From a bacterium (lineage in GTDB: Bacteria > RBG-13-61-14 > DATKZS01), in the NCBI GenBank assembly GCA_963674965.2, contig CAXXFL010000005.1, forward strand, positions 224,001-288,000: a stretch of DNA of 64,000 nt, in the 5' to 3' direction. The notes under the pieces were generated by a model, which was not told the DNA's origin, did not search any database, and saw only the letters and a list, made by a program, of their open reading frames with translations. This document shows, piece by piece, positions 18,829 to 28,599 of this stretch (the first letter of the stretch is position 1; each line of letters opens with the position of its first letter). The translations under genes and the position numbers were made by a program.

Positions 18829-19683
18829 TCAAGCCGCGGTCTCGGGACCGGGGCCGCCCTCGCCGATGGTTACCCGCCTTAGCTCGCCCTTGTTCGAGGT
18901 CTTGACCGCGTACATTAAGTTATCGGCTTCCTTGATCGCGTCTTGAGGGGAAGATGGAGCAGAAAGATAAGTCACCAGACCCACGCTGAAGGTCACCGGC
19001 CAGCCGCCTCGGCTCATGGCGTCCTCCAGTTTGGACCTTAGCCTTTGCATCGCCTCCATCGATTCTTCCTCCCCGGTCTCCGGAAGAAGAAGGGCAAACT
19101 CGTCGCCGCCCATCCGGGCGCCAAGGTCGGTGGACCGGATATCGCCCCGGATCGTTCCTCCCACCGCCGCCAGGAGCCTGTCGCCCTCGGGATGGCCGAA
19201 CTTGTCGTTAACGCTCTTGAAGTTATCCAGGTCGATATAGGACAGGGAAAGGGGACGCGAGTAGCGCCTGGCCCGCTCCAGCTCGAGATCGAGCCGCTCG
19301 GTGAAACCCACCCGGTTGGATATGCCCGTCAGGGGGTCCATCCTCGAGAGAAGGTACTCCCGGTCCAGGGCCTGCCTGATACGGGAAAGGGAGAAAACCA
19401 CGATCACGAAAAAACCGAACCTGACCCCCGCGTTCCAATAAAGAATGACCGCCGCGTCGTACTCGTGGCCGCTGAGGCGGTCCACCAGCGCCCAGGAGAA
19501 CATGCCTAAGATCGACATGAAGAACCCCGGCCACCGACCCACCAGCCAGGTCACCAGCGCGATGGGGATCAAATAGAAAATCGAGAAACTGAGTTGGTAA
19601 CCCGTGATATAGTCCAGAAGTCCCACCAGCCCCGTGAGTAAAATCCCGAGCGCCGAATATATTACGACTTTCCAATCCATCAT
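18829..19683 (-). CDS. Membrane diguanylate cyclase (GGDEF)
   Basis: DPLTG..NR, DLDNFKSVND.FGH..GD, RSTD I-site, GGDEF; four N-terminal TMs. Confidence 0.93.
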   Translation of the reverse strand: MMDWKVVIYSALGILLTGLVGLLDYITGYQLSFSIFYLIPIALVTWLVGRWPGFFMSILGMFSWALVDRLSGHEYDAAVILYWNAGVRFGFFVIVVFSLSRIRQALDREYLLSRMDPLTGISNRVGFTERLDLELERARRYSRPLSLSYIDLDNFKSVNDKFGHPEGDRLLAAVGGTIRGDIRSTDLGARMGGDEFALLLPETGEEESMEAMQRLRSKLEDAMSRGGWPVTFSVGLVTYLSAPSSPQDAIKEADNLMYAVKTSNKGELRRVTIGEGGPGPETAA

Positions 19684-19860
19684 GAAACCGCCCCTAAAAA
19701 TGCCCCCTCGGGCCAAGAGCCTCTTTAGAGCCGAGGCCGACGAGAAAGCCTAAAAATTTTAGCACGAACGGGCAATATATGGTAGATAATGGACACCTCC
19801 CTATTAGAACGTCCTTTCGGCTTGACACTATAAGGCCCGCGTCCTAAAGTCATCGGTGAA

Positions 19861-20601
19861 ATGGAACGGGGCAAGCGTTTACAGGTTAAGATACTCACTC
19901 CGGTAATGGAATTCCTCGAGAGGCGTCCGTTCCCGGTCACTTCCATTTTGAGGCTCCTGGCCAACGCGCCTTTCCTCTCGAGGAGACTGATGGTGCTGCC
20001 GCGGGCCTATATGGGGGCCTCGGCCTTCGAGATTCACGACGCGGACATGAAAACCGGGCGAATAGGCATCGGGGACGTCGAGGAGATCATGGCCGGCTCG
20101 AAGATCATCCATCTCCTGCACCAGACCCTGGCCGGCCGCGTGGGGGAAGAGGAAAAGAACCGGGCACTCTACGAGATGGGCGCGAGCCTTTGCAAGTGGG
20201 AGGTGAGCCAGGCCCTGGAGGGCGGCAAGTGGGCCCCCTCCGTCCTCGTTCCCCTCATCTTCAGCGGGAGGGTCCTGGACGAAATCGAGACCGACCCTCT
20301 TATGAGGCGCTTTTTCCAGAGCGTGATGAACATGATGAGCAGGCTGATCACCGACGAGGGGGGATGGGGTCACCTGGACTTCGATTTTTCCTCCCTTCCC
20401 TTCAAGGTCATGCTTTCCAACTCCCAGGAGGCCCGGTGGCTGGGAGGGTCCGACCGGCCCGTTTGCCATTTCTACGCGGGCATAGTGGCGGGCTACGCCT
20501 CGACCATCTCGGGCAAGCCCTTCCTCTCCCGTGAGGTCGCCTGCAAGGCCATGGGCGCCCCCAAGTGCGTTTTCGAGCTGACGCCGGCGGAAGATGAATA
20601 A
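19861..20601 (+). CDS. V4R (4-vinyl reductase) domain protein
   Basis: GWG, PVCHFYAG, EVACKAMGAPKCVF Zn-binding pattern. Confidence 0.85.
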   Translation: MERGKRLQVKILTPVMEFLERRPFPVTSILRLLANAPFLSRRLMVLPRAYMGASAFEIHDADMKTGRIGIGDVEEIMAGSKIIHLLHQTLAGRVGEEEKNRALYEMGASLCKWEVSQALEGGKWAPSVLVPLIFSGRVLDEIETDPLMRRFFQSVMNMMSRLITDEGGWGHLDFDFSSLPFKVMLSNSQEARWLGGSDRPVCHFYAGIVAGYASTISGKPFLSREVACKAMGAPKCVFELTPAEDE

Positions 20602-22057
20602 CGGGTCCGTCTCACCGCGTAGGAATACCCCCGGGGTATGGGGTTTCCACCCGGCCTCGACGGTGCTTCTCGCCTTCATGGCTTTTTTTCTTACCTCATG
20701 GGGCGGCCGTCCTCGTCCCGACCATATCCAGGGCGAGATGGCGGGCGAGGTCACGGCCTCGAGCGTCATACTTCAGACCCGGCTTACGGCGTCCTCGCCG
20801 CTGCCCGACAAAGACGTGCCCGGCGTCGAGGGTGAGGTCAGGTTCGAGATCGACACGGACCCGGCCTTTCCCGACCCGATAAGGACCGAATGGATGAAGG
20901 CCGTCGAGGAAAGAGACCACGTGGTCAAAAAGAAGATCGAGGACCTGAAGCCGGACGTCCTTTATTACTACCGGATCGAGTTCGGTCCCGGCCGTTCCGA
21001 CGCTAAGAAGGGACCGGCGCGGAGGTTCCGGACCTTGCCGGGCCCGGCTACCTCTCGTCCTTACCGCCTGGCGGTGGTCACGTGAATGAACTGGGACAAG
21101 TTCCAGTTCGGGACCAGGGCTTACAAGGGGGCGGACAAGGACCTGGGCTTTCCCGCCCTGGCGGCCCTGCGCGAGGCCCGGCCCGAGTTCATCGCCTTCA
21201 CGGGCGACAACGTCTATTACGACCACGGCGTTCCCGCCTTCACCGAGCGCTCGATGCGCCGCAAATGGCGCCGGACCTTTTCCTTTCCCCGCATGGTCGA
21301 GTTGATGGCCGAGGTCCCGGCCTACTGGCAAAAGGACGATCACGATTACCGCTATAACGACTGCGACAATACGGGAACCATGCCGCCTTCTCCGAGGCTG
21401 GGGCAAAGGATTTTTCTCGAACAGGTCCCGGTCATGGACCCGGCCCTTCCCCCGGCCCGGCCCTACCGGACCCACCGGGTGACAAGGGAACTCCAAATCT
21501 GGCTTCTCGAGGGAAGGGACTATCGAAGCCCCAACCGGCAAAAGGACGGACCAGACAAGACCATGTGGGGACTCGAGCAGAGAAAGTGGCTCACCGAATC
21601 CCTGTCCGAGTCCGACGCGGCCATCAAGCTAATCGTCTCGCCCACTCCCCTGATCGGGCCAGACGACGCCTATAAGCGCGACAACCACGTCAGCCCCGAG
21701 GGTTTTGGCCACGAGCGCGACCTGTTTTTCGCCTGGGCCAAGCAAAAGGGACTCGATAAAAAGGGGATGTACATAATCAATGGAGACCGGCACTGGCAGT
21801 ACCATTCCCGCCACCCGCTGGGCTTCGAGGAGTTTTCTGTCGGGACCCTCCACGACGCCAACGCCAGGATGGGCGTTGCCCCGGGCGATAAAAAGGGAAC
21901 TGACCCCGAGGCCGAAATCGAGCAATTCTACTCTTCCCCCGAGCCGTCGGGCGGGTTCTTGCTGGCGACGGTCATTCCCGACGGGACGGGCCAGGCCTCG
22001 CTCCTCCTCGAGTTCATGGACGAGCGGGGCAAGCTCATGTATAGGGTCGAGCGCTGA
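20594..22057 (+). CDS. phoD: PhoD-family alkaline phosphatase/phosphodiesterase interrupted by one in-frame TGA at 21083-21085 (candidate Sec codon)
   Basis: The ORFs 20594-21085 and 21086-22057 are in the same frame; N-terminal FN3-like part (YYYR...FRTLP); LAVVT*MNW; GDNVYYD, DDHD, GRDYRS and GDRH intact. Confidence 0.85.
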
Positions 22058-22173
22058 GTTAGCCGGAGAAGCGTGGCCATACTTATTATTCACCCGACGA
22101 GCCGGCCTCCCCGCATGTTCTCCTCTTTCTTTCCCATGGCCGCGCCTTTTCGAGAAGTTGAAAAAGGCCCCGG

Positions 22174-23976
22174 CTATTTCTCGAGTTTGCATCCCTTGGG
22201 AACGCGCCTGGTCGCCGGCTTCTTTTTGCCTTTCTTCCCGGCGGCCTGGCTGTTCTCGGGCCGCCACCATCCCAGTCGCTTGGTAATGGGAAGGCGAAGG
22301 TCGGAAAGGGCCCTTTCCGAGACGGTGGGACCGATGGGACACTGCCGCCTCTTGAACTCTGCCTTCATCAGCATCCTCATAATCGTATAAACCATGGCCG
22401 GGTCCTCGCCCCCCGCCACCATCTCCTCGACCGACATGCCCTTCTCGAGAAAACCCTCGAGCACTCGGTCCAGGTCGTCGTAGGGAGGGAGGGTGTCCTG
22501 GTCCTTCTGGTTCGGCCGGAGCTCGGCGGTGGGCGCCCGCTCGATGACGCTTTGGGGTATAACGTCCTTGCCGGCCTTGGCGTTATACCATTTCGCCACC
22601 TCGTAGACCTGCCTCTTATACAGGTCGACCAGGGGAGAGAAGGCCCCGCAGGTGTCGCCGTAAAGCGTCGAGTAGCCCACCGCCGCCTCGCTTTTGTTGC
22701 CCGTGGCCAGGACCATGGCTCCCAGCTTGTTAGAAAGCGACGTCAGGGTAAGCCCTCTCAGCCGGGCCTGAAGGTTTTCCTCCGTCACGTCCGCCTCCCT
22801 GCCGGCGAAGGCCTTGGCGAAACTTTTCACCGCCGCGTTGTAACACGGCTTGATGGGTACCTCGAGGAACTGAAGGCCCAGGTTTTTCGCCGTCTTTTTC
22901 GCGTCGGCCCTGGTCTCGCCCGAGGTGTAAGGGCCGGGCATGGACACGGCGGTCACGTTCTCGGGCCCGAGGGCCTCCCGAGCCACGGCGGCGGTAAGCG
23001 CCGAGTCGATCCCCCCAGATAATCCCAGGATGACGCGCTCGAATCCGTTCTTGCAAGCGAAATCGCGGGTGGCCAGGACGAGAGCGGAAAAGAGTTCCCT
23101 TTGTCCCTTGTGAAGCGGCTCGATGCGGGTATCGAGCGCGGCCGGCTTCTTCTTTTCCCTCGGCGCGAAGTCCAGCGTAATCCGGTCGGCCTTGCCCACT
23201 CTTCTCGGGGCCCTCCTGCTCGAGTGATAGGTCCTTTTTCTGTGCGACCTTAGCTCATCGAGGTCGAGGTCGGCCATGACCAGGTCCTCCGCGAAGGACT
23301 TGCCTCGGGCGATCACCTCGCCCCAACCGTCAACTATGGTGCTCGAGCCCTCGAAGATCGCGTCGTCCTGTCCCCCGACCGGGCCGACCATGACCACGGC
23401 CGCCGCGTCCTCCCTGGACCGCTCGATCATCAGGCCCTCCCTGACCGGCCGGTGGCCGAAATGGTAGGGCTCGTTCCAGAGGTTGACCAAAAGGTCTATC
23501 TCCGTGGGCCAAAGAGGATAGCCCGCGTCGTCGCCCACCGTCACCGCGGCCCGGAACCAATCCGTCTCGATCAACAGCGGCCTCTCCCCCGCCGAGAAAT
23601 AGCGCGTCTCGTCAAAGCGGCCGCAACAGAAAAGGTAGCGCTTCCTGGCCCATCCCAGAGACTTGCCTTTATAGAGCACGGCGGCCGCGTCGTGGAGGGC
23701 GTCGCCCGTCTCGATGCCTCCGACTATGACCAGCATGTCGGTCCTGGCCAGGCCTCGGGCTATCTTGTCCATGGACTCGGCGCACTCCCGCAAAAAGGAA
23801 CCCCGGAAGGCCAGGTCCTCGACCATGTACCCCGAGACGCACATCTCGGGAAAAACCAGAAGCTCGACGCCATGGGAGCGGGCCCGGCTTGCCACCTCGA
23901 GGATTTTTTCCACGTTGCCCTCGAAGTCGCCCGCTCGGGAGTTTATCTGTCCTATTCCTATCCTTAAAGACGTCAC
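22174..23976 (-). CDS. nadE: NAD+ synthetase with an N-terminal nitrilase-like domain
   Basis: GLSGGIDS, ENLQARLR, TGNKSE..VGYSTLYGD, PTAELRPNQKDQD, EFKRRQ; GTG start after an AGGGGG SD. Confidence 0.95.
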   Translation of the reverse strand: MTSLRIGIGQINSRAGDFEGNVEKILEVASRARSHGVELLVFPEMCVSGYMVEDLAFRGSFLRECAESMDKIARGLARTDMLVIVGGIETGDALHDAAAVLYKGKSLGWARKRYLFCCGRFDETRYFSAGERPLLIETDWFRAAVTVGDDAGYPLWPTEIDLLVNLWNEPYHFGHRPVREGLMIERSREDAAAVVMVGPVGGQDDAIFEGSSTIVDGWGEVIARGKSFAEDLVMADLDLDELRSHRKRTYHSSRRAPRRVGKADRITLDFAPREKKKPAALDTRIEPLHKGQRELFSALVLATRDFACKNGFERVILGLSGGIDSALTAAVAREALGPENVTAVSMPGPYTSGETRADAKKTAKNLGLQFLEVPIKPCYNAAVKSFAKAFAGREADVTEENLQARLRGLTLTSLSNKLGAMVLATGNKSEAAVGYSTLYGDTCGAFSPLVDLYKRQVYEVAKWYNAKAGKDVIPQSVIERAPTAELRPNQKDQDTLPPYDDLDRVLEGFLEKGMSVEEMVAGGEDPAMVYTIMRMLMKAEFKRRQCPIGPTVSERALSDLRLPITKRLGWWRPENSQAAGKKGKKKPATRRVPKGCKLEK

Positions 23977-24249
23977 TTTAGACGACCCCCTTTTTGCGTT
24001 TACCAATTTTGCCCGGCTTGCCTCGGGACGCGGCGCTCCCGACTTGAGAAAAGCGGCATATACAATGTACTATGGACTTGGCTCGGCGGTCAAGAATTTC
24101 CCGGCCCCGGACTCGATTTGCCTCGCGTCGGGATAACGGGTATACAGGATTTAATGGACTGAAAACGGCCTCGCCGCGGACGGGACCGGCCGCGATCAAG
24201 GCGCTCTTCTTTCAGGGATGGCCGCTCGGTGGACGACTCGGACTTTTAA

Positions 24250-26346
24250 ATGGGACTTGGAAGCCGCATAAAGAACGACACTTTTCTCCGCTTTACCCTG
24301 GCCCAACTGGGTATAACCGCCAGTGGAGTAGTAGTGCTTGCCGTCATCGGCCGGCTGGCCGTGCCGGGCATTACGGACTTCTGGCTCGAGTTCATTCCCC
24401 GCGCCGCGGCGGTGGCGTTCGTGCTCGGCGTCTTCGCCGTGGCCATGGTCTTTAAACAGAACCAGATACTTCGAGTCCTGTCTCGGCATGGGGCCTCGGG
24501 CAAGCTCTCAGATAAAACGTGGGAGGAAATCAAGAAGGCCGCCTGCGACCTTCCCCAGCGGCTCATGGTCCTGACCCTCATTGTATGGCCCTTATTCGCG
24601 GGACTGACTGGATTATGGACCTGGGCCTCGGGTTTCATCACCCTTGACGAGGCGATAAGGACCGGCCTTTGCGGGCTATTATATTGCCCCATCCAGGCCA
24701 CTCTCCTGTTTTATTTCTCCCGCTACAGCCTGCGGTCGATGATCGGCGCCTTTTCCGGACAGGGCGTGTCATGGTTCTCCGAGCGAAGGGGGTTCATGGG
24801 CCTTAAGCCCAAACTCATCATGAGTTACGCCACTCTGGCCGTTTGTCCTCTTTTCGCGGGCATACTGTTGAGCGAGGTGCAGACGGAAAGGCTCGAGCTG
24901 CAAAGGGGCCTCGAGGGAGCGGGCAAGGCCCTGGACTACATGGCCGAGCAGGGGGCCACCAGGTCCCTGATGGGCAGGTGGGAGGGCGCGGTGGCGGGCG
25001 CGGCCTACGAGCTTAAGCTGGGGGAGGGCACGAGGTTCCAGCTTTCCCGTCCGCCCGACAAGCTTCTGGCCGGCGAGGTCAAGGATGACGAGAAGGACAA
25101 GTGGCTGGGGGTGATATCGAGGGAGCCGGTGGATGGATACGTATCCGTCCGGGTACCGGGTTCGAGGCGGTACATGGTGTTCAAGTATTTCCCGGAGGAC
25201 GAGGTATGGCTTAGCGTCTCGACCGACCCTTTTCCTTCCCGGGCCAATATCTTTAAGCGTCAGGGGGCGACCTTTTTATTGGCGGTGATCATCTTCGTCA
25301 TTTCCATCGCCATGGGATACCTGGCGGCGGAGGACGTGGTGACCCCGGTGCGTCTTCTGGCCTCGGCGGCGGGCAAGGCCTCGCGAGGAGATTACGAGGA
25401 GGTCGAGGGTTTCCTTTCCGACGACGAGCTTAGCGACCTGGCCATGGGCTATAACGTCCTGGTCGCCTCCATCAGGCGGGAGTTGAAAAGGGCGAACCAG
25501 GTTTCCGTGAGCATAAGGAAAGTGGTGTCGGGACTCTCGGAGCAGGCGGACCGGATCAGGGGACTGGCCGACCAGGAAAGACAGGTCATCGACGAGCAGA
25601 ACGCCCTGGCGGAGGGCGCCGAGTCGCGGGCGGAGCTTATCTCCCAGGCGTCCGAGTCCATAAGCGACGGGGCCCGCGCCACCAAGATTAAGATGGACGA
25701 GGTTGACGAGGCCTGCCTGGCGGCGGCGGTGGACCTGGCCAAGCTTTCCGAGGCGGCCCGGGGGGCGGCCGAGGCCAACCAGACGATCCACGAGGAGATG
25801 GAGGACCTCGAGCGCAACTACGAGACCATGGAGGACGTGGTGGGCCTGATCGAGGAGATCGCCGACCAGGCCGAGCTTCTGGCCCTGAACGCCGAGCTCG
25901 AGGCGGCGGGAGCGGGAGAGGGCGCGTCGCGCTTCATGGTGGTGGCCACCGAGATGAGGCGCCTGGCGATAAGGACCTCCGAGCAGACGAGCTGGATTCG
26001 GGAGCTTTTTGAGGCGCTCCGGGAGTCCAACTTCAAGATGGTCCAGTCCATCGAGACGGGCAGAAAAAAATCGGCCATGGCGCCCCAGCGGGCGGAGGGA
26101 CTCAAGGAGGGCTTGAAAAAAATCCAGGAACGCTCGAGCCTGGCCTCGGACTCGATGATCGACATCGTCGAGATGACGGACAAGCAAAGCGGCTCCCTAG
26201 GCGAGATGAAGAGCATCGTCATCGAGATAAGGACCGCCGCCAAGATAATGGACGAGGTTGGCCTGGGCGCGGAAAAAGCGGTCAAGAAGCTTAACGAGCT
26301 CTCGGACAACCTGAACCTTCTCGTCTCGAGGTCGGAGGATGAATAA
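24250..26346 (+). CDS. Methyl-accepting chemotaxis protein (multi-TM, HAMP, MCP signalling domain)
   Basis: IADQAELLALNAELEAAGAGEGASRFMVVATEMRRLA; HAMP DELSDLA..YN. Confidence 0.9.
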   Translation: MGLGSRIKNDTFLRFTLAQLGITASGVVVLAVIGRLAVPGITDFWLEFIPRAAAVAFVLGVFAVAMVFKQNQILRVLSRHGASGKLSDKTWEEIKKAACDLPQRLMVLTLIVWPLFAGLTGLWTWASGFITLDEAIRTGLCGLLYCPIQATLLFYFSRYSLRSMIGAFSGQGVSWFSERRGFMGLKPKLIMSYATLAVCPLFAGILLSEVQTERLELQRGLEGAGKALDYMAEQGATRSLMGRWEGAVAGAAYELKLGEGTRFQLSRPPDKLLAGEVKDDEKDKWLGVISREPVDGYVSVRVPGSRRYMVFKYFPEDEVWLSVSTDPFPSRANIFKRQGATFLLAVIIFVISIAMGYLAAEDVVTPVRLLASAAGKASRGDYEEVEGFLSDDELSDLAMGYNVLVASIRRELKRANQVSVSIRKVVSGLSEQADRIRGLADQERQVIDEQNALAEGAESRAELISQASESISDGARATKIKMDEVDEACLAAAVDLAKLSEAARGAAEANQTIHEEMEDLERNYETMEDVVGLIEEIADQAELLALNAELEAAGAGEGASRFMVVATEMRRLAIRTSEQTSWIRELFEALRESNFKMVQSIETGRKKSAMAPQRAEGLKEGLKKIQERSSLASDSMIDIVEMTDKQSGSLGEMKSIVIEIRTAAKIMDEVGLGAEKAVKKLNELSDNLNLLVSRSEDE

Positions 26347-26369
26347 ACCGGAGCGACAAGGAGAGAGGC

Positions 26370-26849
26370 ATGAATAAGATCACTTTAATGGCCATATGCG
26401 TTATTTTTATCGCCGGATGCGCGACCAGGACCTGGGAAATGGACGCCGGTGATCCAGGCTATAAAATCCATGGGGTTTCCGTTGATCCCACTTACGGCTA
26501 TACCGCCGAGAACCCAATAAACGTGGGAATATTCAGCGTGAGCGGAGTCCGGCCCGAGTATGATTATCTTAAGGCGTTGCGCGGACCAAATGGAGAGGCG
26601 CTCAAGTATCGTCGGCTGGGGTCATGCTGCCATTTCGAAACCGAGAATTCCCCTTTTGGAGGCGGGTTTCTGGATATATGGGAGGTCTCCTGCAAAGGCA
26701 TTGAAGGGCCCGTCCACATTTACCTTAACGCCTATGAGTATGAAGAGCCAAAAGCGCCGATGGGTTTCACGTTCGTGGGTTACGACCGCTCCTGGTCTCG
26801 TGCCCAGCCGGCCGGGACGGCGCTGTATGCCGGACTTGAAAGTCTTTAG
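26370..26849 (+). CDS. Conserved hypothetical lipoprotein (GSCC motif)
   Basis: IAGC lipobox; YGYT.ENPI.VG, YL.ALRGPNGE, RLGSCC.F.T.NSPFG.G.LD. Confidence 0.8.
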   Translation: MNKITLMAICVIFIAGCATRTWEMDAGDPGYKIHGVSVDPTYGYTAENPINVGIFSVSGVRPEYDYLKALRGPNGEALKYRRLGSCCHFETENSPFGGGFLDIWEVSCKGIEGPVHIYLNAYEYEEPKAPMGFTFVGYDRSWSRAQPAGTALYAGLESL

Positions 26850-26887
26850 ACTCCAAAAGAAAGCGAAAGGGACCCGCGTCGGCAAAA

Positions 26888-27523
26888 TCATTCGCGCGTG
26901 AGCATCATTCTTTTCCCGTCCCTTTCGATCTCCACCTGCAAGAAGGGTTCCTCGGACATGCCTTGAATTTTGGGTACGCCCTCGTCCTGGTCCGAAACCC
27001 TCTCGCCGTTGATATTCAGGATTACGTCGCCCGCGATTATGCCCAACTCCTCGTAGAAGCTGCGGGGGGCCACGCGCTTGAACATGAAGCCTTTAATCTC
27101 TCCGCAAAGCTCCTCGTCGAAATATACCGGCGTGACGCTGGTGCCGCCCCCTGAGTCCGCGCCGTCCGCGCCGTTTTGCCGGGCCCCTTTTGGGCCGGGA
27201 GCCTGGTTTGCGTCCGCGTCCTTGTTTATATCGGTAGGATGGTGATGGATGACCACCAGCTCGGTCCGGCTCCGGGGCGGGGGACCGCTCTCGATCTCGT
27301 CCCTGAACATGGCCACGCGCTTGCCGCACTCGGCGAGGTCCGCCTTGAGCGTCGCGACCTTTATAGTAAGGTTCCGGTTGGCCCTGACGATAAAAAAGCC
27401 GCCCACCCCGATGACGAGGACCAGGACGACCGAGGAAAGGGTCCCCGCAATTTTCAAGGCGGCCAGGCGCCGCTCGAGCTTGTCGATCCTGGCCCGGTAA
27501 ACGTCCACGTTAGGCTCGCTCAT
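26888..27523 (-). CDS. Membrane-anchored coiled-coil protein with a C-terminal PDZ domain (GspC-like PDZ)
   Basis: One TM; S.YEELGI..GDVILNING; EIERDGK. Confidence 0.75.
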   Translation of the reverse strand: MSEPNVDVYRARIDKLERRLAALKIAGTLSSVVLVLVIGVGGFFIVRANRNLTIKVATLKADLAECGKRVAMFRDEIESGPPPRSRTELVVIHHHPTDINKDADANQAPGPKGARQNGADGADSGGGTSVTPVYFDEELCGEIKGFMFKRVAPRSFYEELGIIAGDVILNINGERVSDQDEGVPKIQGMSEEPFLQVEIERDGKRMMLTRE

Positions 27524-27532
27524 TTTTCCCTC

Positions 27533-28351
27533 CTACGCGAGAAGCTCGTGTATGCTCTCGCCCTTGATGAGGGCGGCGAAGGCCTCGGCCAGAAAGACCA
27601 TGGCCTCCTGGTCGAGGTAATCGAGGGCGCCCTTGTCCAGCAGAATGGAGGCCCGGGCCTCGAAGTCCTCGTCCGAGTCCCAGAAAAGAAGATAGAGCCT
27701 GACGCGGGGAAGGGCCTGAAAGATGAAGGCCAGGTCGGCCGAGCCCGACTCGTCCGGCGCTCCCCCCAGGCGGGCGGCGGCCGCCGCCAGGTCGCCCGAG
27801 CGTCCGTCGTAGGCCCTGGCCAGGCCGGCGGCGCTTGCCTCGAACTGTTTGGCCTTGCTCACGGTGTTGGGAAACTCCCGGAAGGCGGCCCATTCCCCGG
27901 CCGGCTTGGCGCCCGAGGCCCGAGTGAGGTAGATAAGCAGGAAGACCTTTACCGTCACGCCGGGAGAGCCGCCGTCCTCGGCCTTCACCCCTTCCCCGGA
28001 CGCGAGATAGGGCTCGCCGAAAAGCTCGAGCCTGACCGCATCGGGAGGGCCCGGAATATACTCGGAACCGGACTTGCGAGCCAGCTCAGCCAGGTCCGCC
28101 TCACCTACCTTGCCCATTAAAAACTCGAGGGCCTGCTCGACGGCCTGGCCGCCTCCCTTTGACTCGCGCTTTTGCGCCTCGAGCTTTTGTCTTATCTCCT
28201 CGGCCTTCTCCGGAGTGAGCTGGGTGCAGGCCGAAAGGGGAGCGTCACCCAAATACACGGCCATGGCGAAGGGCAGGCAGCCCGGCCGGCCGCAGTAGCC
28301 GCAGTTGGTCTTGGGCAGGTCCTGAAATATGTCCAGGGGCTTGTAAGGCAT
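27533..28351 (-). CDS. Fe-S cluster domain plus DUF3786 protein
   Basis: LPKTNCGYCGRPGCLPFA...C; ALPRV.L..LFWD.DEDFEA.ASIL.D. Confidence 0.88.
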   Translation of the reverse strand: MPYKPLDIFQDLPKTNCGYCGRPGCLPFAMAVYLGDAPLSACTQLTPEKAEEIRQKLEAQKRESKGGGQAVEQALEFLMGKVGEADLAELARKSGSEYIPGPPDAVRLELFGEPYLASGEGVKAEDGGSPGVTVKVFLLIYLTRASGAKPAGEWAAFREFPNTVSKAKQFEASAAGLARAYDGRSGDLAAAAARLGGAPDESGSADLAFIFQALPRVRLYLLFWDSDEDFEARASILLDKGALDYLDQEAMVFLAEAFAALIKGESIHELLA

Positions 28352-28388
28352 ATTCCTTATTCCGTCCGATCGCTCAAAGCGAGGTCAA

Positions 28389-28432
28389 ATGAAAGACCCG
28401 CCGACGCGCCTCGATGGTGGCGCCGGCGGGCC
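28389..28432 (-). terminator. Intrinsic terminator after the ALDH-sORF unit
   Basis: Minus strand cccgccggcgc...gcgcgtcggcggg followed by TCTTTCATTT. Confidence 0.55.
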
Positions 28433-28448
28433 GCTCGCGAGGACCCGA

Positions 28449-28583
28449 TCATTTACCCTGGACGGCCGCGAACTCGGCCATGGTTTTTCCGATCTCGACT
28501 TTGGCCATGTCCGATAAGCCAATCTGAGGCTTGGCGATCTGGCTTACGCCCACTTTGATCCAGTAACCGACGCTGTACTCCAT
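28449..28583 (-). CDS. 44-aa small ORF missing from the ORF track: MEYSVGYWIKVGVSQIAKPQIGLSDMAKVEIGKTMAEFAAVQGK
   Basis: SD AAGGAG a few nt before the ATG; 16 nt after the ALDH stop; host-like codons; terminator follows. Confidence 0.55.
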   Translation of the reverse strand: MEYSVGYWIKVGVSQIAKPQIGLSDMAKVEIGKTMAEFAAVQGK

Positions 28584-28599
28584 AATTATCTCCTTTTTA

